A stretch of DNA of 64,000 nucleotides from Syntrophobacterales bacterium (GTDB lineage: Bacteria > Desulfobacterota > Syntrophia > Syntrophales > UBA2210). Both the position numbers and the translations under genes were made by a program. This document shows, piece after piece, positions 38,324-48,846 of the stretch (positions are counted from its first letter, which is position 1; each line of letters opens with the position of its first letter). The notes below the pieces were generated by a model. It searched no databases. It was not told the origin of the DNA and worked only from the letters and a program-made list of their open reading frames with translations. The stretch spans positions 9,166 through 73,165 of the forward strand of contig JAHDRK010000033.1 of NCBI GenBank assembly GCA_018433345.1, read 5' to 3'.

Positions 38324-38352
38324 TTGACATGAAACGTCATACTACTCATAAT
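38324..38352 (+). promoter_or_regulatory. candidate sigma70-type promoter of the aminotransferase gene
   Basis: TTGACA (38324-38329), 17 nt, CATAAT (38347-38352), about 30 nt upstream of ATG 38385. Confidence 0.5.
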
Positions 38353-38384
38353 TATGCATTATTCTTCCTGCAGAGGAGCGTCCT

Positions 38385-39689
38385 ATGAGGTTCGACATAG
38401 CGAAAAGCGGTACCGGCCTTACCTACGAGATACGAAACATCGTCGGCGTAGCGGATAAGTTACAGGAATACGGAAAAACGATTACCTGGGAGAATATAGG
38501 AGACCCCATCGCCAAAGGAGAAAAAATCCCCCAATGGATGAAAGAGGTCCTAATGGAGATCATGAGCGACGACATCTCCTACGGGTACAGCCCAACGAAG
38601 GGTATCGCCCAAACGAGGGAGTTTCTGGCGGAGGAGGTATCCAAGCGAGGCAAGTATAAGCTTCATATGGACGATATAATATTTTTCAACGGCCTTGGCG
38701 ATGCCATTGCCCGGTCGTACGGCGCCATCAGAATAGACGCCCGGGTTATAATGCCGGAGCCGACATATTCCACGCACCTGTTGGCCGAAGTCCTTCATGC
38801 CTCCTTTCCGCCCAACACGTACAGGATGAATCCCTACCACAACTGGCATCCCGATATAGCCGAGCTGGAACGGAAAGTAAAAAGTCATAATACCATCGTG
38901 GGCGCCTTGGTCATCAATCCCGATAATCCAACAGGGTTCGTTTATCCGGCAAACACCCTGGAAAAGGTGGTCGACATAGCCAAGGAGTACGACCTGTTTC
39001 TCGTCTTCGACGAAACGTACCGTAACATCATTTATAACGGTCAAGAGACACTGCCCCTTTCGGATATCATCGGAGACGTGCCCGCCATGAGCATGAAGGG
39101 GATCTCGAAAGAATTTCCATGGCCGGGCGCTCGATGTGGTTGGATCGAGGTCTATAACGCCGAAAAGGACGAAACCTTCGCCAGGTACGTAAACGCGATC
39201 CTGACACAGAAGATGGCCGAGGTCTGCTCCACCACCCTTCCCCAGATGGCTATTCCGAAGATCATGACCCACCCCGAATATTACCCTTACCTGGAGTCCA
39301 GGAACCGCGTCTACGAAAAGCTCTCCAACATCGCCTTCAACATTCTCAAGGATGTCCCTTACATCGTGATCAACCGAACGAACGGAGCATTTTACATGAC
39401 CATCGTTTTCAACGAAGCGGTCCTCAACGGCAGGCAGAAACTGCCCATCGAAGAACCGGCCGTCAAGGACTACGTGGAATCCATCATGAGCGACAAGATG
39501 GAAAACGACAAACGCTTCGTCTATTACCTGCTGGCATCGACGGGCATATGCCTGGTACCGCTCACATCATTCTTCACCGCCTTGCAGGGATTCAGACTCA
39601 CCCTCCTGGAGAAAGACGTGGGGAGGTTCGAGGAAACGGTGCAGATCATTGCGGGCAAGATCGTTGAATATGTGGAATCTTCGAAGTAG
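38385..39689 (+). CDS. PLP-dependent class I/II aminotransferase (alanine/aspartate aminotransferase-like)
   Basis: 434 aa. Pattern Y.P..G, NPDNPTG, FDE.Y and a SMKGISKEF..PGARCGW (PLP-Lys) region. Confidence 0.75.
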   Translation: MRFDIAKSGTGLTYEIRNIVGVADKLQEYGKTITWENIGDPIAKGEKIPQWMKEVLMEIMSDDISYGYSPTKGIAQTREFLAEEVSKRGKYKLHMDDIIFFNGLGDAIARSYGAIRIDARVIMPEPTYSTHLLAEVLHASFPPNTYRMNPYHNWHPDIAELERKVKSHNTIVGALVINPDNPTGFVYPANTLEKVVDIAKEYDLFLVFDETYRNIIYNGQETLPLSDIIGDVPAMSMKGISKEFPWPGARCGWIEVYNAEKDETFARYVNAILTQKMAEVCSTTLPQMAIPKIMTHPEYYPYLESRNRVYEKLSNIAFNILKDVPYIVINRTNGAFYMTIVFNEAVLNGRQKLPIEEPAVKDYVESIMSDKMENDKRFVYYLLASTGICLVPLTSFFTALQGFRLTLLEKDVGRFEETVQIIAGKIVEYVESSK

Positions 39690-39803
39690 CCGCGGGCATC
39701 TTTCCGCTCGAAGAACCAAAGGTTGACGCGATCGTAAAAAGTCCAAAAACAAATGGCAATTCCCCACTTTTTACAAGCGTCATTTTTTGAACGTTTTATT
39801 TCT

Positions 39804-42230
39804 TCAGTCGCTTTCTTTCTTTTTTAAGAGTTCGCCGACCACCCGCACCGCCTCTACGCCGTCTTTCGCGTAACGGGCGCCTATGGATTCCGCCCATGAA
39901 GGAGTGACCACGGCTCCTCCCACAAGGAAAGGACATTTCAATCCTTCGCGGCGGGCTTGAAGGACGGTCTTCTCCATCTGCGTCATGGTCGTGGTCATGA
40001 GTGCCGAAAGTCCCACCAAGTCGGCCTTTGACCGGCTCGCCTCCTCTATGATGCGATGGGCGGAGACGTCTTTGCCCAGGTCGATCACCGTGTAACCTTG
40101 GTTTCTCAACATGAGCGCCACGATATTTTTTCCTATGTCATGTATGTCGCCTTCCACGGTGGCCATTACGATGGCGACGGACGAAATATCCTTGCCCCCA
40201 CCCCTTTCGATGAAAGGTTCCAGAAACGCCACGCCTTCCTGCATGGTTTCGGCTGCGGCAATAAGCTGTGGAAGAAAGTACTGCCTTTTCTCGTACATGT
40301 CGCCCACCTCGGTGATGGCCGGAATCAGCAGACCCGAAAGAATCGCCTGGGGTTTTTCTCCCGCATCCAGGGCCATTTTGAGCAATTCCCGGATTTCCGA
40401 CCTCGAACCTTCGATGACAGCCCGGGTAATCCGTTCCGGGAGGGACAGCGCCTGTTTCAAAACCGGCGCGGCGGTGGAAAAATCGGTGGAAAACCGCGAA
40501 CAGTAAGCGGCCGCGTCGGGATCCCGACCCGTCAGCACATCGCCTGCGGCTTTCAGGTGCATCAATTCTTCGTCCGCAGGGTTGGCGATCGCCACGGTCA
40601 GGCCCCGCGATTGGGCCATGGCGAGAAAGGCGCCGTTGATCCACTTTCGCTCCGGCAGGCCGAAAGAAACGTTGGACAGTCCAAGCAGTGTGCGGCAGTG
40701 GAAGGAACGGGACGCCCATTCGATGGTCTTCAGGACCTCCGCCGGTGCGTCCGGATTCGACGCGACGGTCATGACAAGCCCGTCGATGATAATATCGGCT
40801 TTTGTGAAGCCGTATTGGCGGGCCCTTTCGTAAATTGAGCGGACGGCGGCTTTTCTTTCTTCAAAACTCCCTGGCACCCCTTCACTGGTAAGGGGGAGAA
40901 GGATAAACATCGCACCGTAATGTCTCGCCGTCTCGAGAACCGCTTCCATACGGTCCTCTCCGCCGGAGACCGAATTTATAAGCGCCCGGCCGGGGTAGAT
41001 GCGAAGCGACCGTTCGATAACCGCGGGATCTGTCGAATCGACAACCAGCGGCAGCATGGAGGCCACGGAAAGGGTCTTGATCACCGATGCCGCCGTCTCT
41101 TTCTGGTCGATTCCCGGAACGCCTACGTTGACGTCAAGGAGATCGGCCCCTTGCCGTTCCTGGTCCCGGGCCATGCGGGCCGCCAGTTCCGTCCGCCCCG
41201 ATCGCAGCTCCTTCTGCAGGTCGGTTTTTCCCGTGGGATTTATCCGTTCCCCGATGATTAAAAGCGGCGCCCCGTCCTCGAACACCAGGGCCTTACGGGC
41301 GGAACTTACCGCGGACAGTCCCCCGCGGACAGGAGTCGGGGGGATCGCCCCCCTGAGATCTTCCTTCAGGGCGGCAATGTGATCGGGCGTGGTTCCGCAG
41401 CATCCTCCCATAAGCCCCACCCCAAGGGAGACGAAGGTCTTTCCGTACCCGGCGAACTCTTCCGGTGTCATTGAAAAAACTGTGGTCCCGTCCGGCTGCA
41501 ATCTGGGCATTCCGGCATTCGGTTTCGCCACGAGGGGAACACGCCGGAGGCGGCTCATGGACTTCACAGTATCCATCATCTCAGACGGTCCCGTGGAACA
41601 GTTGCACCCCACGGCGTGGGCGCCGAGACTCTGGAGGGTCACCAGGGCCGCGGCCGCATCGGTGCCGTTCAGGGTCCGTCCCCCTTTTTCAAAGGTCATG
41701 GTGGCCATGGTGAAAAGGCCGCTCCCTTCCCGGGCGGCGATCAGAGCCGCCCGGGCCTCCTGGATGTCCATCATGGTTTCGATGACCAGCAGGTCGACGC
41801 CGCCCGACACAAGACCGTCTATCTGCTCCCTGAAGACCGCCACCGCCTCTTCGAATGGAAGCTCTCCGAAGGGTTCCACAAAGTATCCCGTGGGCCCGAT
41901 GTCCCCGGCGACCATTACCTTGCGCCCGACGGAGACCCGCGCCAGGAGAGCCAGTTCACGATTGATCTCTCTCACTTCCGATCGGCCGTACTGGGCAAGC
42001 TTGAGTCGGTTCGCGCCGAACGTGCAGGTATAGATTATGTCGGAGCCGGCCTTCGCATATTCCTTGTGAATGGCCCGGATCTCTTCGGGATGGTCCAGAC
42101 ACCAGGTTTCGGGGCATGCACCGGCTGGCAACCCGCGCCGTTGAAGCTCGGTGCCCGTCGCCCCGTCCAGGATGAGACAACGCCTCCGAACCAATCGCCG
42201 AATATTTTGCAATCGCGTCACCGCAACCAT
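39804..42230 (-). CDS. metH: cobalamin-dependent methionine synthase core (Hcy-, pterin- and B12-binding modules; no reactivation module)
   Basis: 808 aa. S-methyltransferase domain (ILDGATGTEL, GGCCGTTP), a pterin-binding domain and the B12 motif (TVEGDIHDIGKNIV). The protein ends right after the B12 domain. Confidence 0.85.
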   Translation of the reverse strand: MVAVTRLQNIRRLVRRRCLILDGATGTELQRRGLPAGACPETWCLDHPEEIRAIHKEYAKAGSDIIYTCTFGANRLKLAQYGRSEVREINRELALLARVSVGRKVMVAGDIGPTGYFVEPFGELPFEEAVAVFREQIDGLVSGGVDLLVIETMMDIQEARAALIAAREGSGLFTMATMTFEKGGRTLNGTDAAAALVTLQSLGAHAVGCNCSTGPSEMMDTVKSMSRLRRVPLVAKPNAGMPRLQPDGTTVFSMTPEEFAGYGKTFVSLGVGLMGGCCGTTPDHIAALKEDLRGAIPPTPVRGGLSAVSSARKALVFEDGAPLLIIGERINPTGKTDLQKELRSGRTELAARMARDQERQGADLLDVNVGVPGIDQKETAASVIKTLSVASMLPLVVDSTDPAVIERSLRIYPGRALINSVSGGEDRMEAVLETARHYGAMFILLPLTSEGVPGSFEERKAAVRSIYERARQYGFTKADIIIDGLVMTVASNPDAPAEVLKTIEWASRSFHCRTLLGLSNVSFGLPERKWINGAFLAMAQSRGLTVAIANPADEELMHLKAAGDVLTGRDPDAAAYCSRFSTDFSTAAPVLKQALSLPERITRAVIEGSRSEIRELLKMALDAGEKPQAILSGLLIPAITEVGDMYEKRQYFLPQLIAAAETMQEGVAFLEPFIERGGGKDISSVAIVMATVEGDIHDIGKNIVALMLRNQGYTVIDLGKDVSAHRIIEEASRSKADLVGLSALMTTTMTQMEKTVLQARREGLKCPFLVGGAVVTPSWAESIGARYAKDGVEAVRVVGELLKKKESD

Positions 42231-42264
42231 TGTCCCCTTTCATTCCCATTACGACCGCAAAGAA

Positions 42265-42888
42265 TCATCTTTTCACTATTCCCGTTATGGCCGTCACCGA
42301 TTTCTCCGGCACCAGGATCGCCTGCTCCGTAATGGAAACTCCCAGTCGATGCATCTCCAGCAGTTCATAAATATCCTTCTGGTACAGCAGGTCGAAATCG
42401 CCGTAGCCCGCGGAATAGCGCCTGCCCATCAGACTCTTTCCCTCTCGCCGAAGCAGGTTGTTGTGGTACCCCGCAATCCAGTCGAGGGACGCGTCCACCA
42501 TTTCACTCGCCGCAGCATCGAGAACCACCGCTCCGGCCAGGTTCCGTTCCTCGGTTTCCCTCGCTATGGCCTCAATGATATCGCCGCCTCCGGTGGCGCC
42601 CATAAGAAGAACTTCCTCGCAACCTTCGAGGAACGAGGCCAATCGGGCGCTGTCGAAACGAACCCCGCCCGGAAGTTCGATTCCCGATGAATCGACGGAC
42701 AGGACGGACATGAGCAGGGAAGCACCGCGCAGATGGAGGTGATCACGGCCCCTTTCAATGGTTTCGTCCACCATCTTTCGTTCGCCCTCCGACAGTATAG
42801 TCGTCTTCCGCCGGTAGCCGAGTCGCCGGTAAATCCTTTCCTTCGGCGGATCGATGACAATTCTTTCGAAGAAATGAACCCTCGCCAC
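42265..42888 (-). CDS. stand-alone methionine synthase activation-domain-like protein
   Basis: 207 aa, immediately upstream of the truncated metH in the same operon. The ...RYSAGYGDF... pattern resembles the MetH AdoMet-binding/reactivation module (RxxPGYG-like). Confidence 0.6.
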   Translation of the reverse strand: MARVHFFERIVIDPPKERIYRRLGYRRKTTILSEGERKMVDETIERGRDHLHLRGASLLMSVLSVDSSGIELPGGVRFDSARLASFLEGCEEVLLMGATGGGDIIEAIARETEERNLAGAVVLDAAASEMVDASLDWIAGYHNNLLRREGKSLMGRRYSAGYGDFDLLYQKDIYELLEMHRLGVSITEQAILVPEKSVTAITGIVKR

Positions 42889-42922
42889 GATATTCTCCAG
42901 GCCTTTATATCTTCATGCCGCC

Positions 42923-44632
42923 TCACCCTATAGCCGCCGAAAGACTGCGTAACCCGGCGATGATATCATCGCCCAGGTGAAAAGCGATCACAGGGCGGCC
43001 AGCTTCCCGCAGCGCCTGGCGGTCGGCCCGGGCTTGGGCGTTTTTCAACACGCCGAAAGAAATTCCCTTCCCATGATTTCCTTCTTCAGCGGGGATATGA
43101 ATGTCCTGGAGATCGTTAGCCGTGATCATAATGAACAACCCATTGCCTCCGTCGCCCTTGAACAACTGTCCCGTGGAGTGAAGGTACCGCGGACCGTATC
43201 CCAGTGTCGTGGCGCAACCGTAGCGTTTGAGAATCGCCTCCCGCATTTCCGCCAAGGCCGCGGCCGTGTCGCCTTTTGGTTGCAAATATGCCAGGATTCC
43301 CACGTATCGGCCGGGTTCCACCTTCCCCAGGAAAGATTCAAGGGCGTCCTTGAGCTTTCCGCCCGGGGGGCCGCCGTGTATGGAGATGGATCGATCGGTG
43401 GCCGAAGGGCTTTCCGGATCGAAGGCCCCGCGCTGTCGGTACCCCTCCAGCAGGAGGCGCGTCAATTCTTTCGTCGATTCCACGTTGGGTTGATCGAAGG
43501 GATTGACGGACATCACGTGTCCCGCGACCGCCGTCGCGGCCTGCCAAAAAAAGAATTGACCTCCCAGCTCGTATAGGTCTTCAATCTCGACTGTCACCAC
43601 CGGTAATCCCGCCGCCGCAAGGTAGACCGCCCGCTCGTCCAAGGACCGGTCCCACTTGAGCTTCAGGTGCAAAAAGACACGGTCTGATCCATAGAATTCG
43701 GACTGCACGAAGGGCTCGTTAACAACGGGCAAAATGCCCTTCCCCTCCTTCCCGAGACTTTCCGCCACCAGTTGTTCGAGCCATGCTCCGAGTTCTCCGA
43801 CCTGCGGCGATATGATAAAGGTGAGCTTATCCCGTCCTTCAAGGGCGAGCGACCCCAGAAGCGCCCCGAGAAAAGCGGCGGGATTCAGGTCTTCGGAGAC
43901 CTCCCCCCCCTCGAAAAATATCCGGGCCGCGTCTCCCGCCCGAATCAACAAGAAGGATATATCGATGCCACAAAGCGCCGCCGGCGCCAGGCCGAAAAAC
44001 GTCAAGGCCGAATACCGACCGCCCACGTCGGGATCGTTCAGAAATACCTCGCGGAAAAAATGGCGGTCGGCGAGATCGACCAGGGGCGAGCCGGGATCCG
44101 TAATAGCGGTGAAATGGTCTCCAGCCCCGTCGGCCGCCTCATCGGAAATGATGGTATGAAACAATTTGAAAAGGGACAACGTCTCCACGGTAGTCCCGGA
44201 CTTGGTTGAAACAATAACCAGCGTCCGGGAGGGTATCATGCGAGAGGTGCAATTGAGAATCGTCGCCGGATCGGTGCTGTCCAGAATGGATAGATCGAGG
44301 TAATCTTTGCGGAAACCGAAGGTATGCCTGAGCACCTCCGGCGCCAGGCTCGACCCGCCCATTCCCAGCAGCACCGCTTCGGTAAATCCGTCTCCTCGGC
44401 ATCGGTCCACGTAGCGACGGATCCGCCCGACCTCCTTCTTCATCAGCGCGGGGGCATCCAGCCAGCCCAAGCGGTTGGTTATTTCCGCCGGATCAGGTTT
44501 CCAGACCGTGTGGTCCTTCCTTCGGATACGAGCGACGACATCTTCGTTTCTGATCCGTTTCACTGTGTCGTCAATAATCTCCCGGTACGATTCAAAACCG
44601 AAGAGGCGCAGGGTCGTCTTCATCTGTTTCAT
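42923..44632 (-). CDS. pgi: glucose-6-phosphate isomerase (SIS-domain PGI)
   Basis: 569 aa. HTVWKPDP...LGWL N-terminal pattern and [13 protein letters not shown]. It overlaps tkt by 4 nt. Confidence 0.75.
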   Translation of the reverse strand: MKQMKTTLRLFGFESYREIIDDTVKRIRNEDVVARIRRKDHTVWKPDPAEITNRLGWLDAPALMKKEVGRIRRYVDRCRGDGFTEAVLLGMGGSSLAPEVLRHTFGFRKDYLDLSILDSTDPATILNCTSRMIPSRTLVIVSTKSGTTVETLSLFKLFHTIISDEAADGAGDHFTAITDPGSPLVDLADRHFFREVFLNDPDVGGRYSALTFFGLAPAALCGIDISFLLIRAGDAARIFFEGGEVSEDLNPAAFLGALLGSLALEGRDKLTFIISPQVGELGAWLEQLVAESLGKEGKGILPVVNEPFVQSEFYGSDRVFLHLKLKWDRSLDERAVYLAAAGLPVVTVEIEDLYELGGQFFFWQAATAVAGHVMSVNPFDQPNVESTKELTRLLLEGYRQRGAFDPESPSATDRSISIHGGPPGGKLKDALESFLGKVEPGRYVGILAYLQPKGDTAAALAEMREAILKRYGCATTLGYGPRYLHSTGQLFKGDGGNGLFIMITANDLQDIHIPAEEGNHGKGISFGVLKNAQARADRQALREAGRPVIAFHLGDDIIAGLRSLSAAIG

Positions 44633-46704
44633 CGTTCCTTTCCCGAAAGCAGCGTCCTCGCCGCCGCCACGGTGTTTTCCACGGTGATCCCGAATTTCTC
44701 GTAAAGAACACCCGCCGGGGCGCTGGCCCCGAAACCTTTCATGCCCACGGCGATGCCTTCCCCGCCGAGATAATGTTCCCAGCCCAGCGCAACGCCCGCC
44801 TCCACGGCAACCCGCGCCTTTACCCCGGGAGGCAGGACGTGGTCGCGATATTCCCGGGGCTGTTCGTCAAAAATGTCCCAGCTCGGGAGACTCACCACCC
44901 GGACCGCTGTCCCCTCGCGGGCCAGTTCTTCACCGGCGGCCAGGGCGATTTCAACCTCTGAGCCGGTCCCCATTATAATCACATCAGGGATTGCCTTCGA
45001 TGAATCCCACAGGATGTAGCCTCCCCGTCTCACACCCTCGGCGCCCGCCAGCCGGTTTCGGTCGTAAACGGGAAGCGCCTGGCGGGAAAGCACCAACGCC
45101 GTGGGACCTCCTGTTCTCAAGAGCGCGGCGCGCCAGGCCTCGACCGTTTCCGCCGCGTCCGCCGGACGAATCACCGAAAGATTCGGCATGGCCCGAAGGC
45201 TCATAAGCTGTTCCACGGGCTGATGGGTAGGTCCGTCTTCACCGACCCCTATGCTGTCGTGGGAAAAGACGTGGATCACCCGCACACCCATGAGAGCCGC
45301 CAAGCGAAGGGAAGGTCTCATGTAATCGGAAAAAGCGAAAAAGGTCCCCGTGTATGGAATGGTTCCACCGTGCAGGGTCATGCCCGAAGCAATCGCCGCC
45401 ATGGCGTGTTCCCGAACGCCGAAATGAATGTTTCTCCCCTCGTACCCCCAGGGCCCACCGACGGAGCCCTGCACCCCTTCGGCGGTAAAGACACCGGGCG
45501 GCTGGAAATCGCCCGCCCCCTTGACCCAGGCAAGAGTGGAAGGATTCAGGTCGGCCGTGCCTCCCACCAGTTCGGGAATTATCGAGCCCAGGGCCTGCAG
45601 GACCTCTTCCGAAGCCTTTCTCGTCGCGATCGAAGAACCCTGCATATCTGAAAAGGAAGGCAGGGCGGCCTCCCAACCCGTGGGGAGCCGCCCGTCCATT
45701 ACACGCTCCAATTCCTCGGCCTCGCGGGTGTAATCCGACCGGAACCGGTGAAACATGCTGCGCCATTCACCTTCGGCCTCCGCTCCCGCCGCCCTGCATT
45801 TCTCCGCCAGCACGGCAACGTTGTCCGGAACATAAAACTCCGGCGACTCCGGCCAGCCGAGCCGCCTTTTCGCCGCTGCCGCCTCTTCTTTCCCCAGGGG
45901 GGCGCCGTGTACGCCGAAGGTACCCTCTTTATTCGGAGCCCCGTATCCGATAACGGTCCTGACCAAGATCAGCGATGGGCGCGACGTCTCGGCCCGCGCC
46001 GCCCCGATCGCGTCATTTATGACATCGACGTCGTTCCCGTCGCTCACCCGCTGGACGTGCCATCCAGCCGCCTCGAATCCCGCCCCCACGTCTTCCGTAA
46101 AGGTGAGCGACGTGGTCCCCGCCAGGGATATTTTATTGTCGTCGTAAAGTACAATGAGTTTTCCCAACCGTAGGTGCCCCGCAAGCGAGCAGGCCTCCCT
46201 CGCCACGCCTTCCATGAGATCGCCGTCACCGGCGAGGACATAGGTGAAGTGATCGACGAGAGGGTAGCCGGGACGGTTGAACCGGGCCGCCAAGTGCGCC
46301 TCGGCGATCGCCATGCCCACCGCGTTGGCCACTCCCTGGCCCAGGGGACCGGTGGTCACTTCCACTCCCGGCGCGAGGCCGTGTTCCGGGTGCCCCGCCG
46401 TGGGGCTTCCCCAGGTTCGAAAGGCCTTGATGTCGTCTATCGATAGGTTGTAACCGGTCACGTGAAGAAGACCGTAAAGAAGCATTGAACCGTGTCCGGC
46501 CGACAGAACGAAGCGGTCCCGGTTGTGCCACCGGGGATTTGCCGGATTGTGCCGAAGATGGTTCAGCCAGAGTGCCGCCGCCATGGGGGCGGCTCCCATG
46601 GGAAGACCCGGATGGCCCGACTTCGCTCTTTCTATGGCATCGACCGCCAGAAACCGCAGGGTATTAACGGTGTCATTCATCAACTTCTTGTCATCGATTT
46701 TCAT
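44629..46704 (-). CDS. tkt: transketolase
   Basis: 691 aa. [31 protein letters not shown] and [18 protein letters not shown] motifs. Confidence 0.92.
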   Translation of the reverse strand: MKIDDKKLMNDTVNTLRFLAVDAIERAKSGHPGLPMGAAPMAAALWLNHLRHNPANPRWHNRDRFVLSAGHGSMLLYGLLHVTGYNLSIDDIKAFRTWGSPTAGHPEHGLAPGVEVTTGPLGQGVANAVGMAIAEAHLAARFNRPGYPLVDHFTYVLAGDGDLMEGVAREACSLAGHLRLGKLIVLYDDNKISLAGTTSLTFTEDVGAGFEAAGWHVQRVSDGNDVDVINDAIGAARAETSRPSLILVRTVIGYGAPNKEGTFGVHGAPLGKEEAAAAKRRLGWPESPEFYVPDNVAVLAEKCRAAGAEAEGEWRSMFHRFRSDYTREAEELERVMDGRLPTGWEAALPSFSDMQGSSIATRKASEEVLQALGSIIPELVGGTADLNPSTLAWVKGAGDFQPPGVFTAEGVQGSVGGPWGYEGRNIHFGVREHAMAAIASGMTLHGGTIPYTGTFFAFSDYMRPSLRLAALMGVRVIHVFSHDSIGVGEDGPTHQPVEQLMSLRAMPNLSVIRPADAAETVEAWRAALLRTGGPTALVLSRQALPVYDRNRLAGAEGVRRGGYILWDSSKAIPDVIIMGTGSEVEIALAAGEELAREGTAVRVVSLPSWDIFDEQPREYRDHVLPPGVKARVAVEAGVALGWEHYLGGEGIAVGMKGFGASAPAGVLYEKFGITVENTVAAARTLLSGKER

Positions 46705-46892
46705 TCACTTCCTCCAGAGGGCTCATATTTCCGTGGGAAGGGTGACAATGGCAACCCCGCGAAGAGGTTGCTCCGATCCACCATGCCGCACAACCCCGAT
46801 TAGACTTCGCATTAGAACAGGGATCAGCCCTTTTGGCAATCAATTTTCCCACACAACTTTCAGTGCCGGCCCGCCTCAAAAAATGCGCCCCT

Positions 46893-46908
46893 TTGTACCA
46901 AGGTACAA
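46893..46908. promoter_or_regulatory. 16-bp palindrome TTGTACC-AA-GGTACAA (candidate operator)
   Basis: Perfect 7-bp arms in the divergent region between tkt (minus) and the plus-strand genes. Confidence 0.3.
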
Positions 46909-46999
46909 TAGACAAGAACACAATCGGGAGTATCGACAAATCGAACGTGTGATGTTTTAAATGGCGTCAAGGCTGAAAATAACAAGCAATCCGCGATAA

Positions 47000-47266
47000 G
47001 GAGGCGTCGCAACGGCAACCGGGCACGGAGAAGGAAACGAAATCCAGGTCATAGGAAAGGTATTCATCATTTACGGAACAGTGAAAGCCGCGGCGCCGGA
47101 CGGAACCACGCGTGTTCCAGGTCCGAACAGCATCGTTTTCGCGGGAGAGCGGATCATAACAGAAAGCGACGGCATGGTCATCCTCATGCTTGAAGGCCCT
47201 CCTCCGGTTCAGCTTGATATCGGCCGTATGAGCGACGTCATTCTCGATAGGTACTTGTCCCCGTGA
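47000..47266 (+). pseudogene. orphan fragment resembling the N-terminal FecR-like / retention-module domain of large secreted adhesins; no canonical start codon before the domain
   Basis: The open frame reads ..IQVIGKVFIIYGTVKAAAPDGTTRVPGPNSIVFAGERIITESDGMVILMLEGPPPVQLDIGRMSDVILD.. and stops at 47264-47266. The only canonical start (GTG 47081) would cut the domain. Confidence 0.3.
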
Positions 47267-47329
47267 TATTGATGTTCTATGATGGAATAGTACCGACCGA
47301 CGCGCAAGGAAAGGCAAAAAGGAGGACCT

Positions 47330-47878
47330 ATGAACGAGAAAAGGACCGCAGGGAATGGAACGATTATTTATAATATCCAGGGGGAAAAAGTCGATCTTCC
47401 GTCTCTCTGGTCTGATCGAACCATTCTCCTTGTTTTTCTCCGTCATTTCGGTTGACTCTTTACGGGGCAGCAGGTGGCCGCCCTCAAGGAAATAAAGGAC
47501 CTGTTGGATCGGGCCGGCATCCCCATCGTCGCTATAGGGAGCGGCTCCTTTGACCAGGCGCGAACCTTCGCCGACGGGACGGAATTCCCCGGTGAGTTGT
47601 ATGTCAGTCCGGATCTTGCGGCATATAGTGCCTTCGGCCTGGCGCGGGGGCGCCTGCGGACGCTGGGCCCACAATCCTTTCTACGGGCGCTCCGGGCGTT
47701 GAAAAGGGGATTCCGACAAGGATCGACCGCAGGCGATAATTGGCAGCAAGGCGGAGTGTTTCTGCTTGGACCTGGGAGAGAGGTGTTTTTAGAACACCGT
47801 AACAGGTTCGCGGGGGACTTTGTAGACAAGAAATATTTATCCGCCGCCCTGGAACCCTTTCTATATCAATTGAAATAA
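47330..47878 (+). CDS. peroxiredoxin-like (AhpC/TSA_2, PRXL2-type) thioredoxin-fold protein with in-frame TGA (probable selenocysteine) at codon 42
   Basis: ATG 47330 is preceded by GGAGG (47321-47325). Reading through gives ..ILLVFLRHFG-TGA-LFTGQQVAAL.., which continues in frame into the ORF-track ORF 47474-47878. The TGA (47453-47455) sits where Cys homologues have RHFGCxxC. Confidence 0.65.
47464..47484 (+). promoter_or_regulatory. candidate bacterial SECIS hairpin
   Basis: It starts 9 nt after the TGA. GGGGC/GCCCU pairs (47464-47468 with 47480-47484), an A-C mismatch, GC/GC pairs and an apical loop AGGUG. Confidence 0.45.
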
Positions 47879-47937
47879 TTGTATTTTCAGTATAGCTTCT
47901 TGTAGTCACCCATTTAAATGATGCGAGCGTACCGGGC

Positions 47938-48846
47938 ATGGAAAGATCTCTACAGCGGGACTCAATCCCCACCAACAGGATCGAGAGGTACATGGCTCGC
48001 ATGCCTAGTCTTCCAGTGACGGTGAACCGGGTTATGGAAATCTGCAACAGCCCTTCAACGTCACCATACGATTTGAACCGCGTTATCTCCCTGGATCCCG
48101 TTCTCACCGGGCAGGTCCTGAGGCTTGTAAACTCGGCCTACTACGGCCTCCGAAACGAGGTCACTTCTCTCCCCCGGGCCATAATCATGCTTGGAATGAA
48201 CACCATCAAAAACCTCGTTGTCAGCTCCGCGATTCTCAGCACCATGTCCGGACGGGACGATGTACATGCCCTCGACATGGACGCCTTTTGGCTTCATAGT
48301 CTATCTGCGGCCGTGGCGGCGAAACGGCTGGCGGCGTGCATCAAGATCCCCGCGGAAAACCAGGAAGAATACTTTGTCGGGGGACTGCTTCATGACCTGG
48401 GAAAAATACCTCTCAACAGTCTTTTCCCCTCTGAATACGCGGAAATCATGGCGGAAGCGCCTCAAAAGGGTACCGATCTCTGCGAAAAGGAACGGAAATT
48501 TCTGGGGATCGACCACACGCAGGTAGGCGGCATGATAGCCGAAAAATGGAAACTGGGAGTGGCGATCGAAGATTGCCTGCGCCTTCACCACGAAAGCCTG
48601 TCGGCGAGTGAAAGGAATGTCGATAGAGTTCGGATCGTCGCCCTGGCCGATCTTTGTGCGAGACGCTTCGGCCCCGACAATGCCGGAACCTGTTGTTTCG
48701 ACGAAGAGGCCGTGGACATGATGCGTCTCGCGCTTTCTATCGATCAAACCGACTTGGACGATCTTCGGGAAACGATGGCCGATGAAATCGAAAAGGCAAT
48801 GATATTCCTTCACATCGCCGGGGGGGATCATGGGGATAAGGATTAA
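47938..48846 (+). CDS. HDOD domain protein
   Basis: 302 aa. LPSLPVTVNRVMEI, DP.LTGQVLRLVNSAYYGL and GLLHDLGKIPL motifs. Confidence 0.8.
   Translation: MERSLQRDSIPTNRIERYMARMPSLPVTVNRVMEICNSPSTSPYDLNRVISLDPVLTGQVLRLVNSAYYGLRNEVTSLPRAIIMLGMNTIKNLVVSSAILSTMSGRDDVHALDMDAFWLHSLSAAVAAKRLAACIKIPAENQEEYFVGGLLHDLGKIPLNSLFPSEYAEIMAEAPQKGTDLCEKERKFLGIDHTQVGGMIAEKWKLGVAIEDCLRLHHESLSASERNVDRVRIVALADLCARRFGPDNAGTCCFDEEAVDMMRLALSIDQTDLDDLRETMADEIEKAMIFLHIAGGDHGDKD

Noticed and set aside
40056-42332. Several 130-260 aa plus-strand ORFs
   Set aside because: All are antisense to metH, which has unambiguous domain motifs on the minus strand.
46967-47674. 235-aa minus-strand ORF
   Set aside because: The sequence is low-complexity and has no recognisable motif. 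It runs antisense to the peroxiredoxin-like gene and the retention-module-like fragment, both of which have clear protein signatures on the plus strand.
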